Of a stretch of DNA of 64,000 bases, positions 29,832-39,764 are shown one piece after another. The translations under genes and the position numbers were made by a program. Under the pieces are notes generated by a model. That model saw nothing but the letters and a program-made list of their open reading frames with translations. It ran no database searches and had not been told where the DNA came from. Origin of the DNA: Halanaerobiales bacterium (lineage in GTDB: Bacteria > Bacillota > Halanaerobiia > Halanaerobiales > DTU029); assembly GCA_025451675.1 (NCBI GenBank), contig JANWJZ010000038.1, positions 3,387-67,386 on the forward strand. Reading direction: 5' to 3'. Position 1 is the first letter of the stretch, and every line of letters starts with the position of its first letter.

Positions 29832-30506
29832 TTAGATAATCTCTGACCTATTATATATCCTGTCTTTCAGGGAAGACAGGATTCTATGCAGAAAAACCTT
29901 GCTAATCGTATATATAATATTTCCCAGACGGAGAGAAAATATTCCACAAAAGGATGTCGAAAATTTCAGGCTATGGAAATCCGGTATTACCTCCACTTTA
30001 ATCTCTTCTTCAAAATAGACCAGCTCATCAAGTATCCTCAGAAGCATGCCCTTGACTGTCCAGATTAAGCCATAGAAAATGGCGGTATAGGCAGGATCAG
30101 CCAGGCCCTGTTCAGTTATCCAGCAAAGATGGTGGCACTTAATCTGCAAATTATTGGATAGTATATTGAGGAGTTCCCTGTCAAAGAAAAAAGCCAGGTA
30201 ATCCTTCAGCCTGCCCAGGGCTTTTTTGGCAGCCCCAAAACCTTTCTCAATATCCTCCTTTTTATCCCCAGGCCACATTTTTCGGAAAAAATCATCAAGC
30301 CCCCTGAAGAAATCCCTGAAAAAGGCCAGGAGGGGATTCCGGAAAAGGGATACCCTGATGGGTAAACCGGCGATAACAAACCAGGTATCTATTTCCGTTA
30401 CCGAAATAAGCCCATTATCCTCCAGCCTGTACTCAATCCGTATCTTCAGGGAGGTCAAAAGGAAAATTAAGAAAAATAAAAATAGGGATATCAATAGGAT
30501 TGTCAT
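29832..30506 (-). CDS. ytfI: YtfI-like membrane protein (DUF2953)
   Basis: 224 aa, N-terminal TM helix, immediately upstream of ytfJ as in Bacillus. The family call rests on position and overall shape. Confidence 0.6.
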   Translation of the reverse strand: MTILLISLFLFFLIFLLTSLKIRIEYRLEDNGLISVTEIDTWFVIAGLPIRVSLFRNPLLAFFRDFFRGLDDFFRKMWPGDKKEDIEKGFGAAKKALGRLKDYLAFFFDRELLNILSNNLQIKCHHLCWITEQGLADPAYTAIFYGLIWTVKGMLLRILDELVYFEEEIKVEVIPDFHSLKFSTSFCGIFSLRLGNIIYTISKVFLHRILSSLKDRIYNRSEII

Positions 30507-30571
30507 TAAATCACTCCTGACTAATCCTATTAATTCCCTATATATTGAAAAATATTACAGATCTATTTGTC

Positions 30572-31195
30572 TCATTCTTCCGGTTCATCATCAGTCCCAA
30601 TATGTCCATCTACAGTATCTCCATCAATCAGTATATCCGAATCGCCGGATTCATCCGCTGTTGCTTCCTCATCGCCTGCTGCTATTTGCAAATCTTCCGG
30701 CAGGATCTCCGGTAAATAAGAGAGGTCGGCCAGATCAAAATGCTCCAGGAATTTTTCCGTTGTACCATAGACGATTGGATTACCGATGGTCTCCTTCCTG
30801 CCCATCTCCTCAATCAGGCCGTATTTACTCAGGGTCAGCAAAGTTTTTTCCGCCTTGACACCCCTGATCTCCTCGATCTCTGCCCTGGTGATGGGCTGTT
30901 TATAGGCGATTATGGCCAGGGTTTCCAGGGCAGCAGGGGTTAAACGGGTAATCCTCTTCTGGTGCATCTCCTTTATAACACTGGCATATTCCGGTTTTGT
31001 AACAAAGATATACCGGCCGTTATATTCCTTAAGATAAATACCATGTTTTTTATCCAGATAGGCGGTATAAAGCTCATCAAGGGCCTCCTTTACATCTCTG
31101 ACACTGACAGCCAGTATTCTACTGATTTCCTCAATAGATACTGGCTCATCTGAGGCAAAGATTAAGGCTTCTATTGTCGCAATCAAGTCTTCCAT
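30572..31195 (-). CDS. scpB: Segregation and condensation protein B
   Basis: 207 aa, IEALIFASDEPVSIEEI, ETLAIIAYKQPITRAEIEEIRGV, with an acidic C-terminal tail. Confidence 0.92.
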   Translation of the reverse strand: MEDLIATIEALIFASDEPVSIEEISRILAVSVRDVKEALDELYTAYLDKKHGIYLKEYNGRYIFVTKPEYASVIKEMHQKRITRLTPAALETLAIIAYKQPITRAEIEEIRGVKAEKTLLTLSKYGLIEEMGRKETIGNPIVYGTTEKFLEHFDLADLSYLPEILPEDLQIAAGDEEATADESGDSDILIDGDTVDGHIGTDDEPEE

Positions 31196-31239
31196 TCTTT
31201 TATCACCTGACTTATCCTGATATACAGGGATATCCTTTA

Positions 31240-31968
31240 TTATTTTATCTTTATATCAGAAAAAACCCTTTCCTGTTTGATACTGATCTTTGCCAGGCGG
31301 GCTAACTCCAGTATCCCCAGAAAGGTAACTACAATCTCCAGACGGTTATTCTTGTCCACTATTAAATCACTGAAATTCAGAATTGAGGAAGCCTCCTTTA
31401 ACTTTTTAACGATAAAGTCGATTTTATCCTCAATCCTGATATCCTCAAAGCTAATTTCCTTCCATTCCCTTTCAGTCTCTTCTTCCTCTTCAGGATCCCG
31501 GCTGTAATATGCCACCATGGCCCGTTTGAAGGCTTCCTGTAAATCACTTAATTCCAGATCCAGATTAATTTCAATCTCTTCATCGATGAAAAAATCCAGA
31601 TCAATGGCCCGGCGGAAATGCCTGCTACCCCTTTCCTCATACTCCTTTAAAATTTCCGAGACCTTCTTAAAGTAATGATATTCCTGCAGTCTCCTGACCA
31701 GATCAGAACTATCCTCTTCTTCCTCCTCTTCCTCCTTTTCAGCAGGCAGGAGGGTTTTGAGTTTCAGCTGGATTAACTCAGTGGCAATAACCATGAATTC
31801 ACTGGCCAGTTCCAGGTTAAATTCCTTTAACCTTTCCATATAATCCAGATACTGTTCCGTAATACTGGCCAGTGATAGCTCCGTGATTTCTATTCTATTC
31901 TTCTTTACTAACTGATAGAGGACCTCCAGTGGTCCCTGGAAACTGTCCAGATGTAGTTCATAAGCCAT
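31240..31968 (-). CDS. scpA: Segregation and condensation protein A (kleisin)
   Basis: 242 aa, FQGPLEVLYQLVKKNRIEITELSLASITEQYL, precedes scpB. Confidence 0.92.
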   Translation of the reverse strand: MAYELHLDSFQGPLEVLYQLVKKNRIEITELSLASITEQYLDYMERLKEFNLELASEFMVIATELIQLKLKTLLPAEKEEEEEEEDSSDLVRRLQEYHYFKKVSEILKEYEERGSRHFRRAIDLDFFIDEEIEINLDLELSDLQEAFKRAMVAYYSRDPEEEEETEREWKEISFEDIRIEDKIDFIVKKLKEASSILNFSDLIVDKNNRLEIVVTFLGILELARLAKISIKQERVFSDIKIK

Positions 31969-31981
31969 AATTCTCCTACCC

Positions 31982-32635
31982 CTATAATAAAATATTCAGG
32001 AAGAAACCAGCGATGGGAGAGATGATTTTTCCAATTATATCAAAATAAAATAAGGCCAGAATAATCAATATGCCAACGGGGCCTTCCAGTTTATAAAAAT
32101 AACGGCTGAACCTGGGAGGCAATATACCCATCAAAATCTTGGAACCATCCAGTGGTGGTAAAGGCAGCAGATTGAAAATAGCCAGGGCCAGGTTAAGATT
32201 AATGCCCAGGAAAAGAAGGAGGGTTATCAGATATAAAAAATTGGAACTCCTTTCAGTAATAATGGTATAATACACAAGTTCCATTGTAGTTAGATTGTTG
32301 GCCAGGGCAAAAAAACGCAATAGGCCGGCAAAGAAAATGGCCAGTAAAAAATTGGAGGCTGGCCCGGCCAGGGATACATACATCAATCCCTTCCGGGGGT
32401 TTTTATAGTATCCCGGATTGACCGGCACCGGTTTTGCCCAACCAACCTTAAATATTATCAGGGCCAGGATTCCCATAGGTTCGAGATGGGCCAGGGGATT
32501 TAGGGTCAATCTCCCCATCAGGGCCGGGGTTGGATCCCCCAACATATGTGAAACCTTCCCATGCATATATTCGTGAAAAGATATAGATAAGAGACCAATC
32601 GGAATAAGCAAAATATAATAAACTACATCATTCAA
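31982..32635 (-). CDS. Site-2 protease family (M50) integral membrane metalloprotease
   Basis: 217 aa, HEYMH (HExxH) in the first TM region, NLLPLPPLDG motif, multiple TM helices. Confidence 0.8.
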   Translation of the reverse strand: MNDVVYYILLIPIGLLSISFHEYMHGKVSHMLGDPTPALMGRLTLNPLAHLEPMGILALIIFKVGWAKPVPVNPGYYKNPRKGLMYVSLAGPASNFLLAIFFAGLLRFFALANNLTTMELVYYTIITERSSNFLYLITLLLFLGINLNLALAIFNLLPLPPLDGSKILMGILPPRFSRYFYKLEGPVGILIILALFYFDIIGKIISPIAGFFLNILL

Positions 32636-32658
32636 GATTTAAAAACACTCCCGTCCAT

Positions 32659-34038
32659 TTATTCTTTATTGCCTCCTCTTTCCCTGATCAGGTCCCTGGC
32701 ATAGGCCAGTTGTTCTTCCCGGGTATACAGGCTACCCTTCAAACGCTCCCTGTAGACCGCATCCAGGATTTCCCTGAACAGGGGGCCAGGTTTCAGGCCG
32801 CTGGCCAGCAAATCCTTACCATTAATCTTCAGCTCAATATCCCTCAGTTCCTTCATGTAACGCAGAATATTTTCTTTAATCCTCCGGCCCCTGCCTTTCA
32901 CCAGTAAAAGCAGCAGTTCTTCCATCCGCAGGGCCTTTAACTTTGCCGCCAGCTCATCAGCGGCCAGGTCCCGGTCCAGTTCAGGCAATAAGGATTTATA
33001 TCTATAATAGGCCAGAAAAATATCCTTATAATCTGATCTGAGCTTCCAGCCTGAAATCTCTTCCCCTGCATCAGCGAAGAAAAGGGCCGTCCTTAATACC
33101 CATTCCTCTATATTATAATTCTTTTCACTTAATTCAGCAAGGTAAGCTTCCAGTTCTTCTGCCTGTTCCGGCAGTTCTTCTCCTATTTCAACTTCCAGAT
33201 TCAACAATTTGAAGATGGGATAATTCCGGAGCAAAGGGAAAAGGGCCGGATTGATAGGGGTGGCAAAGAGCAATTCCAGTTCCTTTAAAACCCTCTCCAG
33301 GGAAAGGTGGGAAAAATCAGCTTCTGTAAGGGCTTCCTTCAATAAAGCTGCACTCACTTCCTCAAATGTAAAACCTATTTTACTGGCCAGCCTGGCACCA
33401 CGGATTATCCTGGTAGGATCATCCAGGAAGCTGAAGGGATGTAAAATCCTTAACTTTCCCTCCCGCAGATCCTCCAGGCCGTTAAAATAATCCAGCAGGC
33501 AGCCCCATTTCCCCTCATTCAGGATAAGTACCAGGGTATTTACAGTATAATCCCGGCGGAAAAGGTCCTCCAGGATATCATCAGCAGGCTCTACCTCCGG
33601 TAAGGCTCCACTATATCTATAATACTCCCTTCTCAGCCCTGCCAGGTCAACATTCAGGCCTCCTGGCAGGGCCAGATTACCGGTCCGGAACCAGGCATTA
33701 TAGGTATATTCCACCTTTAAAACTTCAGCCAGTTCCCTGATATAAGTCTCCAGATCACCTTCCAGGACCAGATCCAGATCTCTGTTTTCTATATTCAGGA
33801 AAATATCCCTGACCAGGCCACCAACCAGATAGAGCCTGATCTGATACTTCTCTGCCAGATCCCCTGCTATCTCCAGGAATCTTAAAATATCAGCAGGCAG
33901 TCTCTGCAATAAAGGAGAGAGATCCCTTTCCCTCTTTTTTATCTCCACCAGGCTATATTCCTGGCGGTATTTACCCTGCTCAAGGAAATTCCCTGTATAA
34001 TAGGCAGCCAACAGATCCTGCCTTTCAATATTTTCCAC
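32659..34038 (-). CDS. CCA-adding enzyme / poly(A) polymerase family nucleotidyltransferase
   Basis: 459 aa, LVGGLVRDIFL..RDLDLV (G-G-x-V-R-D plus DxD), RRDYTVNTL, DDPTRIIRGARL. No HD domain is evident. Confidence 0.8.
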   Translation of the reverse strand: MENIERQDLLAAYYTGNFLEQGKYRQEYSLVEIKKRERDLSPLLQRLPADILRFLEIAGDLAEKYQIRLYLVGGLVRDIFLNIENRDLDLVLEGDLETYIRELAEVLKVEYTYNAWFRTGNLALPGGLNVDLAGLRREYYRYSGALPEVEPADDILEDLFRRDYTVNTLVLILNEGKWGCLLDYFNGLEDLREGKLRILHPFSFLDDPTRIIRGARLASKIGFTFEEVSAALLKEALTEADFSHLSLERVLKELELLFATPINPALFPLLRNYPIFKLLNLEVEIGEELPEQAEELEAYLAELSEKNYNIEEWVLRTALFFADAGEEISGWKLRSDYKDIFLAYYRYKSLLPELDRDLAADELAAKLKALRMEELLLLLVKGRGRRIKENILRYMKELRDIELKINGKDLLASGLKPGPLFREILDAVYRERLKGSLYTREEQLAYARDLIRERGGNKE

Positions 34039-34053
34039 CTTTCCCCTCCTCCA

Positions 34054-34692
34054 TTAACGGGAAATATCTAGGGCAGCTACCTTCTCCAGCCAGGCCCGTG
34101 CAATCAGGCCGTGGCCTGCAGGGGAAGGATGTACACCATCACCGGCCCAGTAGGCAGGAGCTGCTTTGCTGGTAGCCTCTGCAAAAAGGCCGTCAAGGGC
34201 TATGTAAAGGGCATCAAATTCCCTGGCCAGCTTCCTTACCACCTGTATCTTGGGGTCCAGGTCTTCCCGCCAGGCTTCCCGGTCAGCCGGATAGGGTAAA
34301 ACAAAGGGTTCCAGAAGAATAATCTTTGCCCCCAGCTCATCCCTGGTTTTCTCCAGGATATAGCGGTAATCCCTCTCAAAATCACTACTGCTGGTAGGAT
34401 CATTATTATCATAACGGCGCCAGCAGTCATTGATCCCGATCAATATGGAAACATAATCCGGCTTTAAGGCAAGGCAGTCTTCCTCCCAACGTTCCTTTAA
34501 ATTGCGAACCCGGTTGCCGCTGATCCCCCTATTGATGAACTTAACATTTTTCTCCGGATAAAGGGCATTAAACAGGGATGCCACCAGTAAAGGATAACCA
34601 TTCCCCAGGTCATCCGGATTATTCCTGTCCCTGCCGCAATCGGTAATACTGTCTCCCTGAAATAAGACCAGGCTATCATCTTTTATAAACAA
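34054..34692 (-). CDS. SGNH/GDSL-family hydrolase
   Basis: 212 aa, block I FQGDSITD, block III GINDC, block V DGVHPS. Confidence 0.8.
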   Translation of the reverse strand: MFIKDDSLVLFQGDSITDCGRDRNNPDDLGNGYPLLVASLFNALYPEKNVKFINRGISGNRVRNLKERWEEDCLALKPDYVSILIGINDCWRRYDNNDPTSSSDFERDYRYILEKTRDELGAKIILLEPFVLPYPADREAWREDLDPKIQVVRKLAREFDALYIALDGLFAEATSKAAPAYWAGDGVHPSPAGHGLIARAWLEKVAALDISR

Positions 34693-34805
34693 TATGACCA
34701 GCTCCTTTACATGCTATAAATTATGTACAGAAAAAACAGGTAATATTTCTTTCCATTACTGATATTCTAACATAAATTAGAAATTAAGAAAAGAGCCAGG
34801 CCATA

Positions 34806-35768
34806 TTAAACTGCTTCCCAACGGGCACATTGATACCCCCAGCGGGCAATGAGTTTTTCATTTTCGTAGATATTTACTATCTCGCAATGATTGGGGCAGC
34901 CATCACATTCAAAACTACTGGTCTTGAAGGCAAAATCAGTAATTTTAAAACCCTTGAAATTAGTCTTTTTCTTATTTTCCAGTATATATTCCCGGGCCAG
35001 TATTCCGGCACCAATGGCACCCATAACATCATAATATTCCGGCACATGGACCTTGCAGCCTAACTCCTTTTCAAAGGCTGCCCTTATCCCCACATTGGCA
35101 GCAACACCGCCCTGAAAAACAATGGGTTCTTCTATTTCCTTACCCTTCCCTACGTTATTTAAATAATTTCGCACCATGGCTTCACAGAGACCGGCAATTA
35201 TTTCCGGCAGACCATAACCTAACTGCTGTTTATGGATCATATCCGATTCAGCAAAGACTGAACAACGGCCGGCAATCCGTACAGGATTTTTAGCCTGCAG
35301 GGCATAATAGCCAAACTCCTCAATGGGAATCTCCAGCCGGGCCGCCTGCTGATCCAGGAAAGAACCGGTTCCCGCTGCACAGACAGAATTCATGGCAAAA
35401 TCCACCGGGATTCCATCCCGGATAATGATTATCTTGGAGTCCTGGCCGCCAATCTCCATTACAGTCCTGACATCCGGGAATATTCTGCTGGCTGCCACTG
35501 CATGGGTACTTATCTCGTTTTTCACTACATCAGCCCCCAGCACAACTCCGGCAAGAGCCCGCCCGCTTCCCGTCGTTCCTACGCCATTTATCTCTATCCC
35601 CGGATATTTTTCCTCTATAATCCTTAAACCCTCTTTGAGCACCTCTACCGGTTTACCCCTGGTCCGCAAATAGACCTTCTCCACCAGGTTTCCGAAGCTG
35701 TCCAGTAAGGCCAGATCTGTACTTACTGAACCTACATCCACACCGAGATAATATTTCTCACTGGCCAT
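34806..35768 (-). CDS. BcrAD/BadFG/HgdC-family ATPase (archerase-type electron activator) with Cys-rich C-terminal tail
   Basis: 320 aa, LGVDVGSVSTD, EIGGQDSK, NSVCAAGTGSFLD, RCSVFAESD, QGGVA, plus C-terminal CDGCPNHC...C. It overlaps the upstream ORF by 11 nt. Confidence 0.85.
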   Translation of the reverse strand: MASEKYYLGVDVGSVSTDLALLDSFGNLVEKVYLRTRGKPVEVLKEGLRIIEEKYPGIEINGVGTTGSGRALAGVVLGADVVKNEISTHAVAASRIFPDVRTVMEIGGQDSKIIIIRDGIPVDFAMNSVCAAGTGSFLDQQAARLEIPIEEFGYYALQAKNPVRIAGRCSVFAESDMIHKQQLGYGLPEIIAGLCEAMVRNYLNNVGKGKEIEEPIVFQGGVAANVGIRAAFEKELGCKVHVPEYYDVMGAIGAGILAREYILENKKKTNFKGFKITDFAFKTSSFECDGCPNHCEIVNIYENEKLIARWGYQCARWEAV

Positions 35769-36864
35769 AGACTATCTCCCCCTTATACTCTAACCCTTTC
35801 ATTCTCTGGCGTTTTTTCCTTTCCAGTAAATCCACAAAGGCTTCCAGCCGGGTCTGGATACCTGCATCTGCACTATGTTCATCAAAAAAGAAAGTCAAGA
35901 CAGGTATCCCCTCACCTTTACTGACAGCCGGCAGGATGGAACGGGCAATTATCTCTGGCATACAGGTAAAGGGCCCTAACTGGATTACCCCGTCAAAGCC
36001 CCTCCGGCTGTAGCGGACTGTGTTCCCGACACTGTCAATACCATGGCCGCCCACAAAGGAACCCAGATATTTACGGGCTGCCCTCCTGATGTGTTTTTCA
36101 TCATTTCTTAAATGTAAGAAATTCAATAACCAGTTGGTCATATACAGGTCCCGTTCCACCATCACACCCAACTGGCCCAGTCTCTTCTCTATCTCCAGGT
36201 TCACGAAAGGCTCCAGGACCAGGTAGATCTCTCCCACCAGGCCGACCTTTAATGGTATCCCTCTTTTATATTTAGCTGACGTATCTTCAATCTTTTCCCT
36301 ATATTCCCTCCTGAGCCTCCTGACCTCATCCAGAGACATGGTTTCATCAATCTTCCTGATAAACCCGGCATATAATTTATCCACCAGGCCCTCTTCTACT
36401 TCCAGGGCCCTCTTCTCCAGGACAAGTTTATATATCTCATCAATGGCCCGGGCCTTATTCCAGGCCAGCCTTACCGCTGAAACCACCTTCCGAAAGGGCA
36501 GTGGCCCGAAGGTCTCCCTGATTTTCCTTATATTATTAATAATCCCCGGCTCGATGACATACATGGAAAATTCATAGCCCATTTCCTGCAGTATCTCCCT
36601 CTGAACCTCCGCATAATAACCGAAACGGCAGGGGCCGCAGCCACCACCCATGACAATCAAATCAGCTCCCTTATCCAGGGCCTCCATGAAATTACCCAGA
36701 TTTATCTTGAAGGGAAGGCAGGCAAATTCCGGACTATACTTGACCCCCAGATTCAGGGTTTTCCTGCTGATGGGCGGGGGGACTACAACAGAGAAGCCCA
36801 GCTCCTGAAAAAGGGCCTTCACCGCTACTGCCATATCTCCCATGTGAGGAAAAGTTATCTGCAT
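35758..36864 (-). CDS. Activase-associated subunit (DUF2229 / HgdB-like domain), paralogue B
   Basis: 368 aa, EFACLPFK, GGGCGPCRFG, GPFTCMPE, FFFDEHS. These resemble the C-terminal domains of the fused proteins annotated CoA-substrate-specific enzyme activase. Confidence 0.65.
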   Translation of the reverse strand: MQITFPHMGDMAVAVKALFQELGFSVVVPPPISRKTLNLGVKYSPEFACLPFKINLGNFMEALDKGADLIVMGGGCGPCRFGYYAEVQREILQEMGYEFSMYVIEPGIINNIRKIRETFGPLPFRKVVSAVRLAWNKARAIDEIYKLVLEKRALEVEEGLVDKLYAGFIRKIDETMSLDEVRRLRREYREKIEDTSAKYKRGIPLKVGLVGEIYLVLEPFVNLEIEKRLGQLGVMVERDLYMTNWLLNFLHLRNDEKHIRRAARKYLGSFVGGHGIDSVGNTVRYSRRGFDGVIQLGPFTCMPEIIARSILPAVSKGEGIPVLTFFFDEHSADAGIQTRLEAFVDLLERKKRQRMKGLEYKGEIVYGQ

Positions 36865-37796
36865 TTTCTTCTCCTCCTCTCTATCAGATCTACAAAAGCC
36901 TCTAATCTGGTTAAAATACCTGCTTCACCGGTGTGTTCATCAAGGTTAATATTCAGTACAGGGATGCCTTCTCTTTTTGCCTTTATGTCAATCAATTCCC
37001 GGACCAGGGAGTCGGGTCCGCAGCCAAAGGCAGTCACCTGGACGATACCATTTATCTCTTTTTCCTGAAAGAGATAATATGCTGCCCCCATTATCTGCCG
37101 GTTAAAATACCAGAAGGCCGGTTTATGCTGCCTCCAGGCTGCCTTCTCCAGTGCTCTCTCCTCCAGCATATCTGCAGTAAAAACCCTGGCCTTCATCTCT
37201 TCCAAACGTTCCAGGATTCGCATACTCAGGTAGGCATCATTCAGGAGATAGGAATGGCCCAGAACCCCTATAACAAGGGAAGCCGCCTCATCTGTTACCT
37301 GTCCTTCCCTTTTCCCTTCTTCCCTCTGCTTTTGCAGGAAATCCCTGTAGCTTGCCCTGGCCTTTCTATAGGCCCTCTCTATAGCCAGGATATTACCGGT
37401 AAACCTACGGCCTATTTTATAGGCCAGGCTCCGCAGGGGAAAAATACCCTTCCTTAAATCAATAACCGGGTCGATTAATTCCGGCAGTCCTTCGATATTG
37501 GCCCGCAACATATCTGGCAGGCCCATGAACTTGGGACAGATATAATTATATTTTCCCAGGCTGATAAAGCGGGGGACGAAAAGGCAATCCACCTTATCCC
37601 GCAGGCTAAGGACATGGCCGTAATATACCTTGAAAGGCAGGCAGATATCATCGACTGCCGCCTTCACACCCTGATCCAGGACTTCCTTATTGGTCTCAGG
37701 TGAAAAGAGGACAGACAGGCCCAGCTCCCGGAAAAAAGCCTGCCAGGCCGGATAATAATAGTGATACATCAATGCCCTTGGAATACCAATTTTCAT
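36855..37796 (-). CDS. Activase-associated subunit (DUF2229-like), paralogue A
   Basis: 313 aa, DDICLPFKVYYGH, YICPKF, VTAFGCGPDS, NLDEHTGEAG. Same motif order as 35758..36864, with a 10-nt overlap to it. Confidence 0.65.
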   Translation of the reverse strand: MKIGIPRALMYHYYYPAWQAFFRELGLSVLFSPETNKEVLDQGVKAAVDDICLPFKVYYGHVLSLRDKVDCLFVPRFISLGKYNYICPKFMGLPDMLRANIEGLPELIDPVIDLRKGIFPLRSLAYKIGRRFTGNILAIERAYRKARASYRDFLQKQREEGKREGQVTDEAASLVIGVLGHSYLLNDAYLSMRILERLEEMKARVFTADMLEERALEKAAWRQHKPAFWYFNRQIMGAAYYLFQEKEINGIVQVTAFGCGPDSLVRELIDIKAKREGIPVLNINLDEHTGEAGILTRLEAFVDLIERRRRKCR

Positions 37797-37878
37797 CGAT
37801 TATAATAACTCCTTTCTCATTAATCCTGCTCCCTTTTCTATCCCTCTACCCTGTCTCATCCTTTCTCCTGTCAGCCTC

Positions 37879-39357
37879 TTAGTCCTGTTCCCTATCATCC
37901 TCTTTCACCATCCGGTCCTTATCCTTTACCCCATAGGCAGCCGGGCGTGAATGGGAAAGATCCAGTACGGTCTGATTGAGGAGGGAGGACTTCAAGGCCT
38001 GGTAATCGAAGGGGATAATTGGCCATAAATAACTGACTCCGAAGGATTTGGTGCTGGCCAGCCAGATAAAGATGAGGAGACTTGCCAGGAGAAATCCCCA
38101 TATATTACCAATTATAGTTGCAATCAGGAGGATAAACCTGAACATCTTCAGGACCATCACCATCTCATAGCCGGGAATGGAAAAAGTGCTTAAGGCGGCC
38201 ACAGCCATATAGAGGATTACCTCTGGCGAAAAGAGCCCTACCTGAACAGCAAAATCACCAAGTAAAAGGGCACTGACTAAACTGAGCGAAGTAGCCAGGG
38301 TATCCGGTGTCTGTATGGAGGCCATCCGGATCAGGTCAATACCAAGGCTGGCCAGGATAAACTGTAAACCGAGGCCTACCGTCCCTTCCTTCTTGACACC
38401 AATGAAATGGAGGTATTCAGGCAGTAACTCCTTATTATTGGCCATCAGCAGCCAGACTGCCGGCAGGAAAACAGAGATTAAGATGGCAAATAGCCTCAGA
38501 AGGGAGAGATAGGCACCCAGGACCGGGCCTTTCCGGAAAATCTCCAGAGTCTGGATATGGGAGATAAAGGGGGCAGGAAGGATCAGGGCTGTGGGGGAAT
38601 TATCCACAATAATGGCCAGGTTCCCTTCCAGAATATGGGCAGCCACATTATCGGGTCTTTCCGTATATCTGACCAGGGGCAGGGGATTTAGGGTACCGCC
38701 GGTAATTATATCTTCCACTGTCTTATCTGCCAGGGGCAGGCCATCAATATCAACACTCCCAAGTTTACTCTTAACATCCTGTAAAAGATCCGGGTTAACT
38801 ATATCCTTCATATAGACCAGGGCCACATCATTCTTGGAACGCTTCCCCACCTGGATAACCTCTGCCCGGAAATTCACATCCCTGATCCTTCTCCGGACCG
38901 CATTCACATTAAAGAGCATTGTTTCCACAAAACCATCAGCTGGCCCCCTGGTGGCTTTCTCCAGCTCCGGTTCCTCCGGCGACCTGCCTATCCAGGTACG
39001 TCCATCGATTATGATACCCTCTTCTACACCGTCAATAAGTAAAAGCTGGGGACCGGCCAGGACCTCCTGGACTGCTTTATCCAGATCATTTACCGTATTT
39101 ATTTCATAATAGGGCAGCCTCCTGTCGGTGATTTTTTTAATCACATCTACCGACAGTTCTTCCCTTTCCGTCTCCATCAGCTTCAGGATGGGCAGGATCA
39201 GGTCATCCTTTATAAATCCATCAATAAATACAAGGCCGGCCTTTTTCCCGGCAATCTCAAAGGTCCTGACGATGACATCAAAACTCTCCCCGACACCCAG
39301 TACCTCCTTCAGGATGGCCAGGTTTTCATCCAGTTTCTTCCTGATTGGGTTATTCAA
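37879..39357 (-). CDS. spoVAF: Stage V sporulation protein AF (GerA-family germination-receptor A-subunit-like)
   Basis: 492 aa, GerA-type soluble N-domain (RTFEIAGKKAGLVFIDG, TERPDNVA) plus C-terminal TM bundle. Last gene of the spoVA cluster. Confidence 0.85.
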   Translation of the reverse strand: MNNPIRKKLDENLAILKEVLGVGESFDVIVRTFEIAGKKAGLVFIDGFIKDDLILPILKLMETEREELSVDVIKKITDRRLPYYEINTVNDLDKAVQEVLAGPQLLLIDGVEEGIIIDGRTWIGRSPEEPELEKATRGPADGFVETMLFNVNAVRRRIRDVNFRAEVIQVGKRSKNDVALVYMKDIVNPDLLQDVKSKLGSVDIDGLPLADKTVEDIITGGTLNPLPLVRYTERPDNVAAHILEGNLAIIVDNSPTALILPAPFISHIQTLEIFRKGPVLGAYLSLLRLFAILISVFLPAVWLLMANNKELLPEYLHFIGVKKEGTVGLGLQFILASLGIDLIRMASIQTPDTLATSLSLVSALLLGDFAVQVGLFSPEVILYMAVAALSTFSIPGYEMVMVLKMFRFILLIATIIGNIWGFLLASLLIFIWLASTKSFGVSYLWPIIPFDYQALKSSLLNQTVLDLSHSRPAAYGVKDKDRMVKEDDREQD

Positions 39358-39401
39358 CTATTTCACCTCGGCAAGTCTATACTCAATGTAATACATCCAT
39401 T

Positions 39402-39764
39402 TTACTTTTTTGGATTAAAGATTAAGGCCATAAAAAAAGCGATGATTACCGAAGCACTGATCCCGGCACTGGCTATATCCAGCACTCCCTTAAATAAACC
39501 CAGCAAACCATCCTTCTCTGCTGCCTCCTGTACCCCCTGGGTTAAAATATATCCAAAATTGGAGACAGGAATGGTAACACCGGCCCCGGCAAATTCCTTC
39601 AGGGGATCATACAGGCCCAATCCGGTCAAAATGGAACCAATGATGACCAGGCCGACAAGGATATGGGCAGGTGTATAATCAGTATTATCCAGAATCAGCT
39701 GACAGATTCCACAGATTAAACCGCCAACTAAAAAGGCCTTGATAAAAATTCCCAACTCTATCAA
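39402..39764 (-). CDS. spoVAE: Stage V sporulation protein AE (SpoVAEb-type)
   Basis: 120 aa, FLVGGLICGICQ, EFAGAGVTIPVSNFG. Confidence 0.88.
   Translation of the reverse strand: MIELGIFIKAFLVGGLICGICQLILDNTDYTPAHILVGLVIIGSILTGLGLYDPLKEFAGAGVTIPVSNFGYILTQGVQEAAEKDGLLGLFKGVLDIASAGISASVIIAFFMALIFNPKK

Noticed and set aside
30226-30858. Long plus-strand antisense ORFs (30226..30858 210 aa; also 55242..55799, 47547..48119, 5337..5882, 36933..37457, 15839..16321)
   Set aside because: Each lies fully inside a well-supported minus-strand gene with clear family motifs. Their compositions are not protein-like. Such shadow ORFs are expected from codon bias.
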